From positions 256,001-320,000 of the forward strand of contig CAWJCY010000012.1 of the NCBI GenBank assembly GCA_963841565.1: DNA of 64,000 nucleotides, written 5' to 3'. The position numbers and the translations under genes are program-made. This DNA is from an uncultured Nitrososphaerales archaeon. GTDB lineage: Archaea; Thermoproteota; Nitrososphaeria; Nitrososphaerales; Nitrososphaeraceae. The notes under the pieces were generated by a model. That model searched no databases and was not told the origin of the DNA. It saw only the letters and a program-made list of their open reading frames with translations. Positions 32,048 through 41,777 of this stretch are shown one piece after another; positions within the stretch are counted from its first letter, which is position 1; the number at the start of each line of letters is the position of its first letter.

Positions 32048-32161
32048 CTATTTCGATTTTAGTTTTGTATCGCTCAGGCCACATTCTTTGCATTCATAGA
32101 CTACAGCTACTTTCAATTCACTTTTCAAAACCATCTCTCCACCACAACAAGGGCATCTCAA
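32048..32161 (-). CDS. 37-aa zinc-ribbon microprotein (CPxCG-like)
   Basis: TTG start, MRCPCCGGEMVLKSELKVAVVYECKECGLSDTKLKSK*; GAGG SD-like motif upstream. Confidence 0.6.
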   Translation of the reverse strand: MRCPCCGGEMVLKSELKVAVVYECKECGLSDTKLKSK

Positions 32162-32788
32162 GTCTTATTGACCTCAATATAATCACACTTTATTCTTTTT
32201 TAGCTTTTGGTTTTTCCTGATATAATGGGAAATAGCTTTATCTTTTTTCCGATGATCAGTCGCCGCTAAAAATCACAATAGAGATACTGTCACCTTTTAC
32301 GCCTGTTCCAAGGATCTATTTTAGTAACAATCTTGAATTAAAGCAGTAATATGGAACATGACCCAGACAATAGGAGGTTAATTTACTCTATTCCCTTTTG
32401 AGAAATTGATCATTTAGTAATCTCTTCATGCTTTGGAATAATTATGGCAGTCATTAAGATTCTGGGGGTGATATGCAGCTGTTGTGCTGTCTGGTAGTGT
32501 GGTAGTAGTGAAGTCAGGCTCTGGTTCCTAGAATTAAGGGAATTAGTCAACTATTCTTACATGATAATACACGCCAATCCAAGATGGGATATTAGCGTAC
32601 TTTGTTCATAACTATATTTGATAAATCAACCACTTCCGGTGAGAGGCAGAAAGTATTATCTCCAAAAACCTTCCTCATAAAGAGTTAATAAGTTACCGCC
32701 ACACTTTTTCAATTATTATTTTATCAATTCATGAAAACCCATGATGAATGAATGAATAAGCACCAATGATTAAAAATTATAGCGCCTT

Positions 32789-33004
32789 ATGAGTAGAGTT
32801 AATCAATCAAGGACTAGATCATTGTCAATGTATATGAATCCATTTGAAATTGTTGGTTATGTTGCATTAGGTTTCGTACCTACGTTAGTGGCAATGAAGA
32901 TAGGATGGGATTTAGCAAGAAAGAAGATACTGTTTTCATATCTCAAGGGGGATGAGTCATACGCGACCGCTGAACCAACTAAATTGACTGCAACCAACAT
33001 TTAG
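32789..33004 (+). CDS. Small single-TM membrane protein, copy 2
   Basis: Identical to copy 1 for 64 codons, then a diverged tail. Confidence 0.7.
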   Translation: MSRVNQSRTRSLSMYMNPFEIVGYVALGFVPTLVAMKIGWDLARKKILFSYLKGDESYATAEPTKLTATNI

Positions 33005-33249
33005 ATCTTGGCTTGCCTAGGAGTGAAGCGGGTGTAATGCAACGCGGAAAAATCAATAATATTTTTTCATTATACTTATAATTGCACCGTAAGGAGAGTA
33101 TAATGATGTTAACTAGAATAAAATTTACGTTTGGGGGGTTCCGACACTAACAACAACAAAAAAAATACGTTAGGAGATTTACCTGACACTGTACAAAACT
33201 AAGTAAGCTGTACATTGATTATACTTGAGAATTAGATTAGCTCTAACAT

Positions 33250-34104
33250 TTACCCCATTGAAAAGATACCAGAAACAGTAACGGATACTTCCTGCTCCCC
33301 TGCTATAATTGGTGTCGAAGATGAGGCAGTTCCTCCCTGAGCTGATACGGAATCTCTAAAAAATGGCTGAGGTGGAAGTGGTGGGTTAATTGTGGATCCA
33401 TCGACAACTATTGACTTAACTCCGGTTATACTTAGTTGCACTGCTGATGCAGCTGCCTCTGCTTTTTGCTTCGCATTGCCTATTGCATCGGTGATTAATT
33501 TAGTCCTTGTATCCTCTAACTTTTTCTCGGTCACTGAAAAATCTATACTATTTATGCTATTGGCTCCTGATGCAACCGCTGTGTCAATCCACTGAGAAAC
33601 ATTGTCAAGATTTGAGCTCTCAATCTGCAGTGTATTGGTTACAGTGAAGCCAGTCACATTCAATCTCGTTCCGCTTTCGGTATAATTATACAGTGGAAAA
33701 ATGTTAAAGAAAGTGGTGCGAGTCTCATTTGGTTTTAAACCGTCGCTCCTTAATTCAGAAATGATATTATTCATTAGTCCAGAATTTAGAGACAACGCAT
33801 CATTGGCTGTCTTGTCAGTAGTTTCAACGCCAATTGAAATGAACGCCCTGTCCGGCGCTAATCTAGAAAGTGCACTTCCAGTCGCATAGACTGTGCTATT
33901 ATTATTATTTGTCGTATCTGTGCTATTGTTACCCAAGGCATCACTTGTCGAACTCTGAGCGAGCACGCTGATATCTTGAATAGAAATGCTCATGTAGAGA
34001 AAAAGAGCCAGTAAAAAAATTGAGATGGTTGGCAACACCTCACGTACATGATTGAGAGACAAAGAAGTAATATTGTCAATTAAAGTGAAATTAGCACCAA
34101 ACAT
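33250..34104 (-). CDS. SIMPL/DUF541 domain protein
   Basis: PDRAFISIGVET...IDTAVASGANSINSIDF...AIGNAKQKAEAAA...GEQEVSVTV. Confidence 0.9.
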   Translation of the reverse strand: MFGANFTLIDNITSLSLNHVREVLPTISIFLLALFLYMSISIQDISVLAQSSTSDALGNNSTDTTNNNNSTVYATGSALSRLAPDRAFISIGVETTDKTANDALSLNSGLMNNIISELRSDGLKPNETRTTFFNIFPLYNYTESGTRLNVTGFTVTNTLQIESSNLDNVSQWIDTAVASGANSINSIDFSVTEKKLEDTRTKLITDAIGNAKQKAEAAASAVQLSITGVKSIVVDGSTINPPLPPQPFFRDSVSAQGGTASSSTPIIAGEQEVSVTVSGIFSMG

Positions 34105-34245
34105 TTAGAAATCATTATACGTACTTGGATCCTCATATTTAATTATTTTCTGTGGGGAGACACCCTGAAAGAAGGAGAATACCAGTTGGTTTTTGAAGTC
34201 CATCGTCTGACCTGTGCCTTCACCACAGCACATCGAATAACTTGA

Positions 34246-34722
34246 CTACAATTCTTCTCTTATCGCGACAGCCATTTGATTCATATCTGCTGACGAAATA
34301 ATTGGTCTTTTCATAAACATTGAATGAATTGGTCCAGCTCCATCATGGACTGTCCGAGGAACAATATGAACATGCACGTGATCAATTTCCTGACCTGCTT
34401 CCTTCCCATTGTGGATTGCGATAGTAGACGAGTTTACATGCGCTGCCTTTTCGATAGGGCCCACTAATCTATGTACAAGGTGAAATACTGCTGATTCGTG
34501 GTCTTCTGACATATCCTGAATCTTAGAGAAATGCAACTTTGGGATTACCAGTGTATGACCTTTTGCTAGCGGAAAAGCATCGAGAAATGCAATCGCTTTT
34601 TCATCTTGAACTAAGATATTTGAAGGTACGTTACCTAATATTATTCCGCAGAATATGCATTTTGAACTAAACATTATACTACATTGATCACCTCTTTCTT
34701 TCAACCATAAATATCGTGGCAC
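34246..34722 (-). CDS. HIT family hydrolase
   Basis: CIFC, GHTLVIPK, HVHVH triad. The true start is probably the ATG of MFSSKCIFC. Confidence 0.92.
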   Translation of the reverse strand: MPRYLWLKERGDQCSIMFSSKCIFCGIILGNVPSNILVQDEKAIAFLDAFPLAKGHTLVIPKLHFSKIQDMSEDHESAVFHLVHRLVGPIEKAAHVNSSTIAIHNGKEAGQEIDHVHVHIVPRTVHDGAGPIHSMFMKRPIISSADMNQMAVAIREEL

Positions 34723-35091
34723 TAAATAATGATGAATCGATCCTGAAAGATGCCAAATTAATGTGCAGATGTGCGTCTATTCGTTCGCATCCATGTTACA
34801 TCATGTCTCGCTCTAGCATGATATTATCGTTTAACAAGAACACAGAATTTTTATTCCTAGGATGACCTGTATAATTTTCAAACCTTGGGATGGAGCCAAT
34901 TATATACGGAATACTCTTAATATACCAAAAATTGATTTAACCTACTCTTCCTTCCTTCTAAACGCCTAGTGTCTGTTACACGATCCCTACTAAAATTCAA
35001 AGGGGGACATTAGATAGAATAGTGGCCAAATAGTGACGAATTTGTAAGGATTAGAACTATAGTCTATTTATATGTGATGTTGTCATAACCA

Positions 35092-36082
35092 ATGGGTTGT
35101 TGCATGACTGATCTAATTTACGGTAGAGGAATTACAGATCTAATAAGGGAAACGCCCTTTTACTTTAGCATCTTCAACAAGATTATAGGGATAAAGTACT
35201 TTCATAGTAAACCTTTCATGTACGGTTCTGCAGATATCATAAACGTATGCAATCTGCATTGCACGCATTGCTACTGGTGGTTGAACAGAAAAAGTAACGA
35301 ACAGGATGGGCTTAGCTCTGAGGAATGGAGAAAGATAATAAAAAACACATTCAAGAAACATAATACTTTTATTGTGACATTGGTCGGTGGAGAACCTACC
35401 CTCAGACCTGATATTATTGAAGTTTTCTGTGAAGAAATGCCTAGGCGAGTTTGTGTGGTAACCAATGCTACATTTCCCTTAAGAAGATATAAGAATTTGT
35501 ATTTCTATTGGGTTTCGATAGACGGTACTGAAAGTATTCATGACAGCATCAGAGGTAAGGGAACTTACGCAAAAACGAAGCAAAATATACTTGATTATAT
35601 CAATGGTCCACCAAATCGGCGTAAGCCAGCATGGAAAGACATTTGGATAACGATGACCATCAACTCACAAAATCATTCGTGCATAGATGGCCTCATCGAA
35701 GAATGGAATGGAAAAGTAAACAAGATTGGTTTTCAATTTCATACACCATTTTCAATGGATGATCCCTTGTGGATACCCTTCGGACCTGAACGTAGCCGCA
35801 TGGTAGACAAACTCATTGAACTGAAAGGCCAATATCCAGATTTCGTAATTAACAGTCAGAAACAGTTAGAATTGATGAAGGGAAACTGGGGTGGGACTGG
35901 AACAACACCTATAGAGTGTCCTTCCTGGGCAATTCTATCCCTGGATCACTTGGGTAGAATAAAGCGAGCCATGTTGTATAGGCAGTGCTGACACCAAGAA
36001 TGGATTGAAACCAATCTGTGAACGTTGCGGACTTGGTTGCTACTCCGTTATGGTCGCAAATGGGTTAAAAGGAAACAATTAA
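35092..36082 (+). CDS. Radical SAM protein with a Cys-rich C-terminal domain, split by a +1 insertion
   Basis: CNLHCTHC, GGEP. Removing one base in GCGAGC 35964-35969 gives IKQPCCIGSADTKNGLKPICERCGLGCYSV..* ending at 36082. Confidence 0.85.
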
Positions 36083-36278
36083 CGACAATTCATTGTGAGA
36101 ATAGGGACGCCTGATGACTTACATTGAAATTTATCGTTACGATTCAAATGGCATTAACAAATTTTGTATATCATTCAACTCCGATTCACCTAATGTCCAT
36201 CACAAACTAGCTGGTACCTTTTGCTGCAAGTCATATTGGAAGACTCAATAGTAGGCCGCATCATTTGAGGGAGAACTA

Positions 36279-36797
36279 ATGAAGAAGGGAGTTAAAGAAT
36301 TCTTCCAAAAATACAGAGATACCCTCTTACTAAATAAGTCTATTGCTGTCAGTGGGCTCATATCATTTGCGATAGGAATGTGTTTTACTGAACTTTATGC
36401 AAATTATGCTGGTCCTGAAAGTAGTATTGAAAATTCGATTTATACACTTGTCATAGGTTATGCTTCTTACCTTCCGATATTTGCATACCTTTTCTATAGA
36501 GATAATAAGGATCGCTATGTCGATCCCAATAATGGAAATAGGAATACAAACAAGTTATTACTAGACATAAAGAAATTGTTTACAGCATTCTCGGCTTCTG
36601 AATGTGTATTTATCGTTACCAAAACTTATATCCATTTCCATCAATTAGAATTAGGATATTTAGAGGCATATCAAGCGTATTTCGTCGCAGAACTGGTAGC
36701 TTGGACTTTCTATTTTGTTTCAATGAACACGATCCTAAAGGCTGTAAAAATGTACGGAATATATGAGAATTCACGAAAGCTATGCGACGCCAATTAA
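36279..36797 (+). CDS. Multi-pass membrane hypothetical protein (thaumarchaeal family)
   Basis: About 4 hydrophobic helices; GGAG SD upstream. Confidence 0.7.
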   Translation: MKKGVKEFFQKYRDTLLLNKSIAVSGLISFAIGMCFTELYANYAGPESSIENSIYTLVIGYASYLPIFAYLFYRDNKDRYVDPNNGNRNTNKLLLDIKKLFTAFSASECVFIVTKTYIHFHQLELGYLEAYQAYFVAELVAWTFYFVSMNTILKAVKMYGIYENSRKLCDAN

Positions 36798-37458
36798 TAT
36801 ATCCAAAACTGCAATTAGTGTACTTACTCTCATGAAACGGAAAGGGCTTTACATTCCCCCGAACTTTTTCAATAAATCAGACGATCGGGGAAACTTGCTT
36901 TGTAGAGTCGCTGAATGTAATAAGCAACCAAAACTCCCATTCAGGTACTTTTGCAGCAGGTCCCATGCAAAAGAATTTGCCAAATGGCACTTTCTGCATT
37001 GTACATGGATCGGCGTGAGATTAGCTATTTTCAAGAGAGACTCGTATGCATGCCAAAAGTGTGGTAAATCTTGGAACAAGGAACAAATAATTAAATTGAC
37101 TAGGCGCAATATGCGATTCTTGAATTTTGCAGATGTATTGGATGTAAAGGGAACCGATTTAGAATGTGATCATATCCAACCAGTGGTGCAGCTTGTTGAG
37201 CGTTTCCGTAGGGTATCTAAAATTCGTAATGCCAGTCCAACCAACTCATCGAACAATTTGCCGTCTACTAGGGAACGATTGCTCTCCTACGATAACCTCC
37301 GAACACTTTGTTCAAAATGTCATAGCAATATAACTATCAATTTTACAATGACTAGACACTATGAGAGTAAGTTGCGATCATCTGCAGAAACAGCTAATGC
37401 TATGATCAAGTATTACGCGATCGAAAAGGACAATAAGACGGGTCCAAAATTAAAATAG
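36763..37458 (+). CDS. HNH endonuclease with an N-terminal Zn-finger
   Basis: CRVAEC..FCSRSH; RDSYACQKCG; LECDHIQPV; NLRTLCSKCH. Confidence 0.8.
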   Translation: MRIHESYATPINISKTAISVLTLMKRKGLYIPPNFFNKSDDRGNLLCRVAECNKQPKLPFRYFCSRSHAKEFAKWHFLHCTWIGVRLAIFKRDSYACQKCGKSWNKEQIIKLTRRNMRFLNFADVLDVKGTDLECDHIQPVVQLVERFRRVSKIRNASPTNSSNNLPSTRERLLSYDNLRTLCSKCHSNITINFTMTRHYESKLRSSAETANAMIKYYAIEKDNKTGPKLK

Positions 37459-37728
37459 TTCAATGCGGAATTACCGCTGCTAAAATACTAAAAGAACACT
37501 AAGCAGGAAAGGACAGAGTATAGTAGGTTCAACCCGGTTATTGATGTGCCAGATGATGGATAACTTTAATGAATTACTCATTTAAGACTCATGTATTTAG
37601 TAGCAAACAAATTTGAATTGGGATTCTAGCTTTTTGAGCCCAGACCTAACTACAGAATATTAGTACAGAATTCTTTCATTAGTTCAACCTAAATATTTCC
37701 TAAATAACATCAAAAATAATTCTAGACT

Positions 37729-38064
37729 ATGAACAATAATAATAGAGTTTCTCTTTCTGTGGTAGTCCTTCTTGCGACTCTGCTTACGATAGCCTTTCTA
37801 TTTGGCATGAGATCAGAGATGGCCTTTGCATCAGAATATGGCTCTAGTGAGGAAACCATCGCAAGTTCTGAGGTTACACCTGCTACAGAATCTAGTGAAT
37901 CACCTTCAAAGGACAACAACATAAAAACTATTGCCAATCAACAAAATGAGTGTCAAGGGAATATTGTGATATGTCAAAATATCCTCACAAAATTCATCTG
38001 TACCGAAAGGGCGGTATGCATCATAGGTAACTTGGATCCGTTCTTACTTGTATTGCCCAATTAA
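37729..38064 (+). CDS. Secreted hypothetical protein with 4 Cys
   Basis: Signal peptide, S/E-rich linker, C-terminal CQGNIVICQN..C...C. Confidence 0.65.
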   Translation: MNNNNRVSLSVVVLLATLLTIAFLFGMRSEMAFASEYGSSEETIASSEVTPATESSESPSKDNNIKTIANQQNECQGNIVICQNILTKFICTERAVCIIGNLDPFLLVLPN

Positions 38065-38369
38065 GAATGAGTTAGTTGCAGAAGCATATCCACTTCCCCC
38101 CTCCTACAACCATTTCTATGCTGAGTTATTGAGAATGAGTAAGGAGCGTGTCAGGATGCCTTGGCGTCCAAAAATTGAGATGTAATTGTTTGTCAAAATT
38201 CAAGAAAACTTGCTTCTAGGTGCATCCATGGATTGATAATAGGTTAAACTGTTAAATCGAACTGTTTCCATCCTAGATTATCCACAATTGGCAATAAGAC
38301 ATGTTCCTTTATAGGGGTATTGTGGACCCAATAGTGGTGTAACAATTTCAATAAAAATTTTTTCTCAAA

Positions 38370-38705
38370 CTATGCAGATAATTTTATCTGAGCTCGGCAA
38401 CCATGTTCTTTTAGTTGAATTGCAAGCCAAAAAACAAATCTGTCTGAAAACTTCTTACCTTTAGATTTGTCAATCTCCTTAATATTACCTTGATACAATT
38501 TTTCTACAAATTGGCCAGCAATAAATAACTTTGAAAATATCCAACCCGCACTCGGAACTGGATCCAATATTGCAAAGGCTTCTAGACCCGGGTCGAAACC
38601 ACATTCTTCTTTAAATTGTGAGAGTAAGGCAGTTGCAATATCTGTATCAGTTTTGAAATCAATAGACATGAAGTCCAAAATGAAAGTTCCTAAATACGAT
38701 GACAT
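38370..38705 (-). CDS. Conserved hypothetical protein
   Basis: ATG ORF with TTTATA about 25 nt upstream. Confidence 0.65.
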   Translation of the reverse strand: MSSYLGTFILDFMSIDFKTDTDIATALLSQFKEECGFDPGLEAFAILDPVPSAGWIFSKLFIAGQFVEKLYQGNIKEIDKSKGKKFSDRFVFWLAIQLKEHGCRAQIKLSA

Positions 38706-39004
38706 TTACAAGACCTAGCAACTTGAAGAATATAAATTCGCAGAAGCATAAAATTCTGTACTAACTGAAATTTCTTTTACTGAGCATGAAGAGCAGCAGT
38801 GAATTATCACTTAAGGAACTCAGAGTCATCGGAGTTATTCCCATTATCAAGTCTTTCTCAAGTGTGACCAAGATAGACCTGGAGATCTGTTCCCAAGATA
38901 TCTATCATCAAAAGCTGGCCACCATCCCACTAGTAAATGATACAATCACATAGTTGGTAGTTAATTCACCGAAAAGAAGTGTAACTCATGGTCTGCCTAA
39001 CAGT

Positions 39005-39388
39005 TTACTTTGCATGAACGAAGAGTGGTTTCTTGCTAACCCATACAGGCCTGTCTTTAGTCAACATTATCCTTATTAAGCCACCTTCTTCCCAACTCTT
39101 AAAGCTCTTTTCGAAATGTTCATAAATTTCAATATTGAAGCATGCGGCAGTATCATTCTCAAACAGGCATAGCTTTTTTTGACGTATGCTTTCAGCATGC
39201 AGCTTTTGCAACCACTTGTCAACTTCCTCAGGATGTTCCTGAAGTATTGTTTCTATAATCAAAGGGGTGTAAATCCCAATTTTTGTCGCAAGACCGCCGT
39301 TTGGGATTAGATTATACCCCTTCAATACCAAACCCAGCGATTTATCTTGTAGGATCTCAGACATTTGTAAGGATCTATATATGATCAA
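39005..39388 (-). CDS. Hypothetical protein
   Basis: 127-aa ORF; likely start MSEILQ. Confidence 0.6.
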   Translation of the reverse strand: MIIYRSLQMSEILQDKSLGLVLKGYNLIPNGGLATKIGIYTPLIIETILQEHPEEVDKWLQKLHAESIRQKKLCLFENDTAACFNIEIYEHFEKSFKSWEEGGLIRIMLTKDRPVWVSKKPLFVHAK

Positions 39389-39684
39389 TCCGGATTATTA
39401 ATTTGTTGCATATAAAATTACAACTTTGATTGCAATATTTCAGATACATTGTTAATCTTGTTGTAAGTCTAAGTAATAAATCGACAATTAGTACCTGATA
39501 TTTATCAAGAGAGGTTGTTTTCTATATCTTTGACCCATCCTACCCTGTATCTACAAGTAGGAACAGGAAAGCTTTTTGTTTAGCATCAAGTCAAATCACG
39601 ATTGCCAATTTCTACAATAACAAATAACCTAAGTTAGTATTTGATTCTCATTGAGTGGGTGGCGATAGCTGTCAATTCAGCAAT

Positions 39685-40029
39685 TTATCGACTGCAATTC
39701 ATGAACATCAGTTCCACGCCTCGTTTTTCTGAATAGGTATATGTGAATGATTCATTGACTAAGACAGGAAAACTCGACAACCCTACCTCTTGACATCTCG
39801 AACATCTACTGTCAAGGACTGGGAGCCTGCTCTTGTCCAGATAAGTTGTGGCCCAGAAGCATACATCACAAATCACAAAAATACGCTCTGTACTCTTCTT
39901 GGCTCGTCCATCAGAGATAGAGTCACTAACGAATCCGCCTTCAATAATCCTTTGTCCATCCAACCCCGTTGTACGATTTGGAGTAGAATTTGACGGGAGA
40001 TCAATCCGATTGGTTAACTCCGGTTGCAT
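39685..40029 (-). CDS. Zn-finger hypothetical protein (thaumarchaeal family)
   Basis: FVICDVCFWATT...CSRC...SFPV..ESF....KRGVEL. Confidence 0.7.
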   Translation of the reverse strand: MQPELTNRIDLPSNSTPNRTTGLDGQRIIEGGFVSDSISDGRAKKSTERIFVICDVCFWATTYLDKSRLPVLDSRCSRCQEVGLSSFPVLVNESFTYTYSEKRGVELMFMNCSR

Positions 40030-40366
40030 TTAATCCGTCAAAGATGTATCATTGATAGGCGATATATAAATCATCAAATCTACAATTGGGGAACGTGTCA
40101 GATATGTGTATCGCCTAAAGAGACACATCTAAGATCATCGCTGATATATTTTTGGAATCGAACTGACAAATAGCTGTGCACAAATAGTAAAGCATATGGA
40201 AGAGTGAATCACTTGGAAAACTCGGTAGCTAAAGATGTGATTCACTTTAGAATTCTATTCGTAACCATTGAGTTTATGCCCTGGACGTACACAAAATTAA
40301 GTTAATGGTTCTGATCTGCGTTAGAATATTGATGGCAAGTCACTAACCATTGAACAATTATGTGCG

Positions 40367-41047
40367 GTGGGGAAAATCGTATGCTTAATAAGTTTGTGGC
40401 GGTCAGTTGTCTTCACATTGAAACATAACCAAATCGTAATAGTGATTGGAGCCGCACTCCTCACCACAGGAATTGGATTTATCCTAATGAACTCACCATT
40501 TGAGAGCAATCAAGTTGCAGCATATCCAATGGATCAGCGAGGCGATCACAACTACGGTATGATGAAACCAGGCCATTACGCTGCTGGAACGATATCGAGC
40601 ATTCAAAACGATGAAAACGGGAACCCTGCTTGGGTGTTGTCTGGTTATTGGAAGGCGAGCGTAACTGAAGACGAAACAGGAGAAAACGGAAATCAAAGCT
40701 CTTCAGCATCTAACTCAACTTCAGCTATGGGAAAAGATATGTCAAAGAATGGCCAATTCGTTGCATCATTTGATATGGTAAGGACGAATGGTAGTGCATT
40801 GCATCAGCATCAAATAGACAATTTCACTTTAACTGAAATATCTATGCCAAATAATAACACCGCCGTATTTAATGGTACTTCGACAGTTACCATGAAAGAC
40901 GGACCAGTATCCAATGTCCCGACATCGGTTACCGGCATGGATGACAACGTTGTAAGCATATACTTAGACCCATCCGCAGTTAATAATCACTTTGGAGATA
41001 CCCCAATATACGGAACAATCACGAAGGCAGTTCAAATAAGAAAGTAG
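40367..41047 (+). CDS. Secreted hypothetical protein (thaumarchaeal family)
   Basis: GTISSIQNDENGNPAWVLSGYW...FDMVRTNGSALHQH...HFGDTPIYG. Start probably the TTG of LKHNQ. Confidence 0.75.
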   Translation: MGKIVCLISLWRSVVFTLKHNQIVIVIGAALLTTGIGFILMNSPFESNQVAAYPMDQRGDHNYGMMKPGHYAAGTISSIQNDENGNPAWVLSGYWKASVTEDETGENGNQSSSASNSTSAMGKDMSKNGQFVASFDMVRTNGSALHQHQIDNFTLTEISMPNNNTAVFNGTSTVTMKDGPVSNVPTSVTGMDDNVVSIYLDPSAVNNHFGDTPIYGTITKAVQIRK

Positions 41048-41416
41048 AAGAATTAGCCGGAGTCAGATCCACTAACGGGACGTCAAAAGTCCTTTTTTAT
41101 TTTCATTTATTGTGTTGACACTAAAATCTGCTATTGAGAATCGTACAAGACCCATTATATTATACTATACTATATTATTGAACCTTTGAATTCTTCTTGA
41201 TTCCTATCTACCTTTTTGAGTTGTCAAAAGCAGTATCATGAACCGTCATGCTATGATATCAAAATAAAGTACTGCATCTCACGCTCCCAATAGAAATTCT
41301 CAACATGTCGTGTAGCCACTTGTTAAGTAACGTAGGTGCTGGCCCTCCATGATTGTATTCAACTATTCAAGAATGCTAATTAGTAAATATTTACAAAGTG
41401 ATCCCGTAGATTACAG

Positions 41417-41716
41417 ATGATTGTAAGAGTATATTTTTGTAGGGAGCCTGAAGCTGAACTACTTATCAGGGACAACAGTATCAGCTTCCAAGCATTATAC
41501 ACACTATATGATCTGGTATGGGAATCAGAATTCAAGAATGTATTAAATGTCGGAAGGATTTGGCTAATGTTTAAGCAACAGAAAAAACCATTTGGTAAGC
41601 CCCTCAGAAGCAAGAGAACTCACGATAGAATTGCGCCAGGCGACATAATTGAGATAGGACACGACCACTATGTAGTTAGCGAAGTTGGAGCGACAAGGGT
41701 GACAGTTTTGCGTTGA
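41417..41716 (+). CDS. Hypothetical protein
   Basis: 99-aa ATG ORF; GDIIEIG..YVV motif. Confidence 0.55.
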   Translation: MIVRVYFCREPEAELLIRDNSISFQALYTLYDLVWESEFKNVLNVGRIWLMFKQQKKPFGKPLRSKRTHDRIAPGDIIEIGHDHYVVSEVGATRVTVLR

Positions 41717-41777
41717 GGAAGGAGATCATGAATTATACATTAGTACCTTTGGGCTATGCTTATGATCAATGTGAAAC

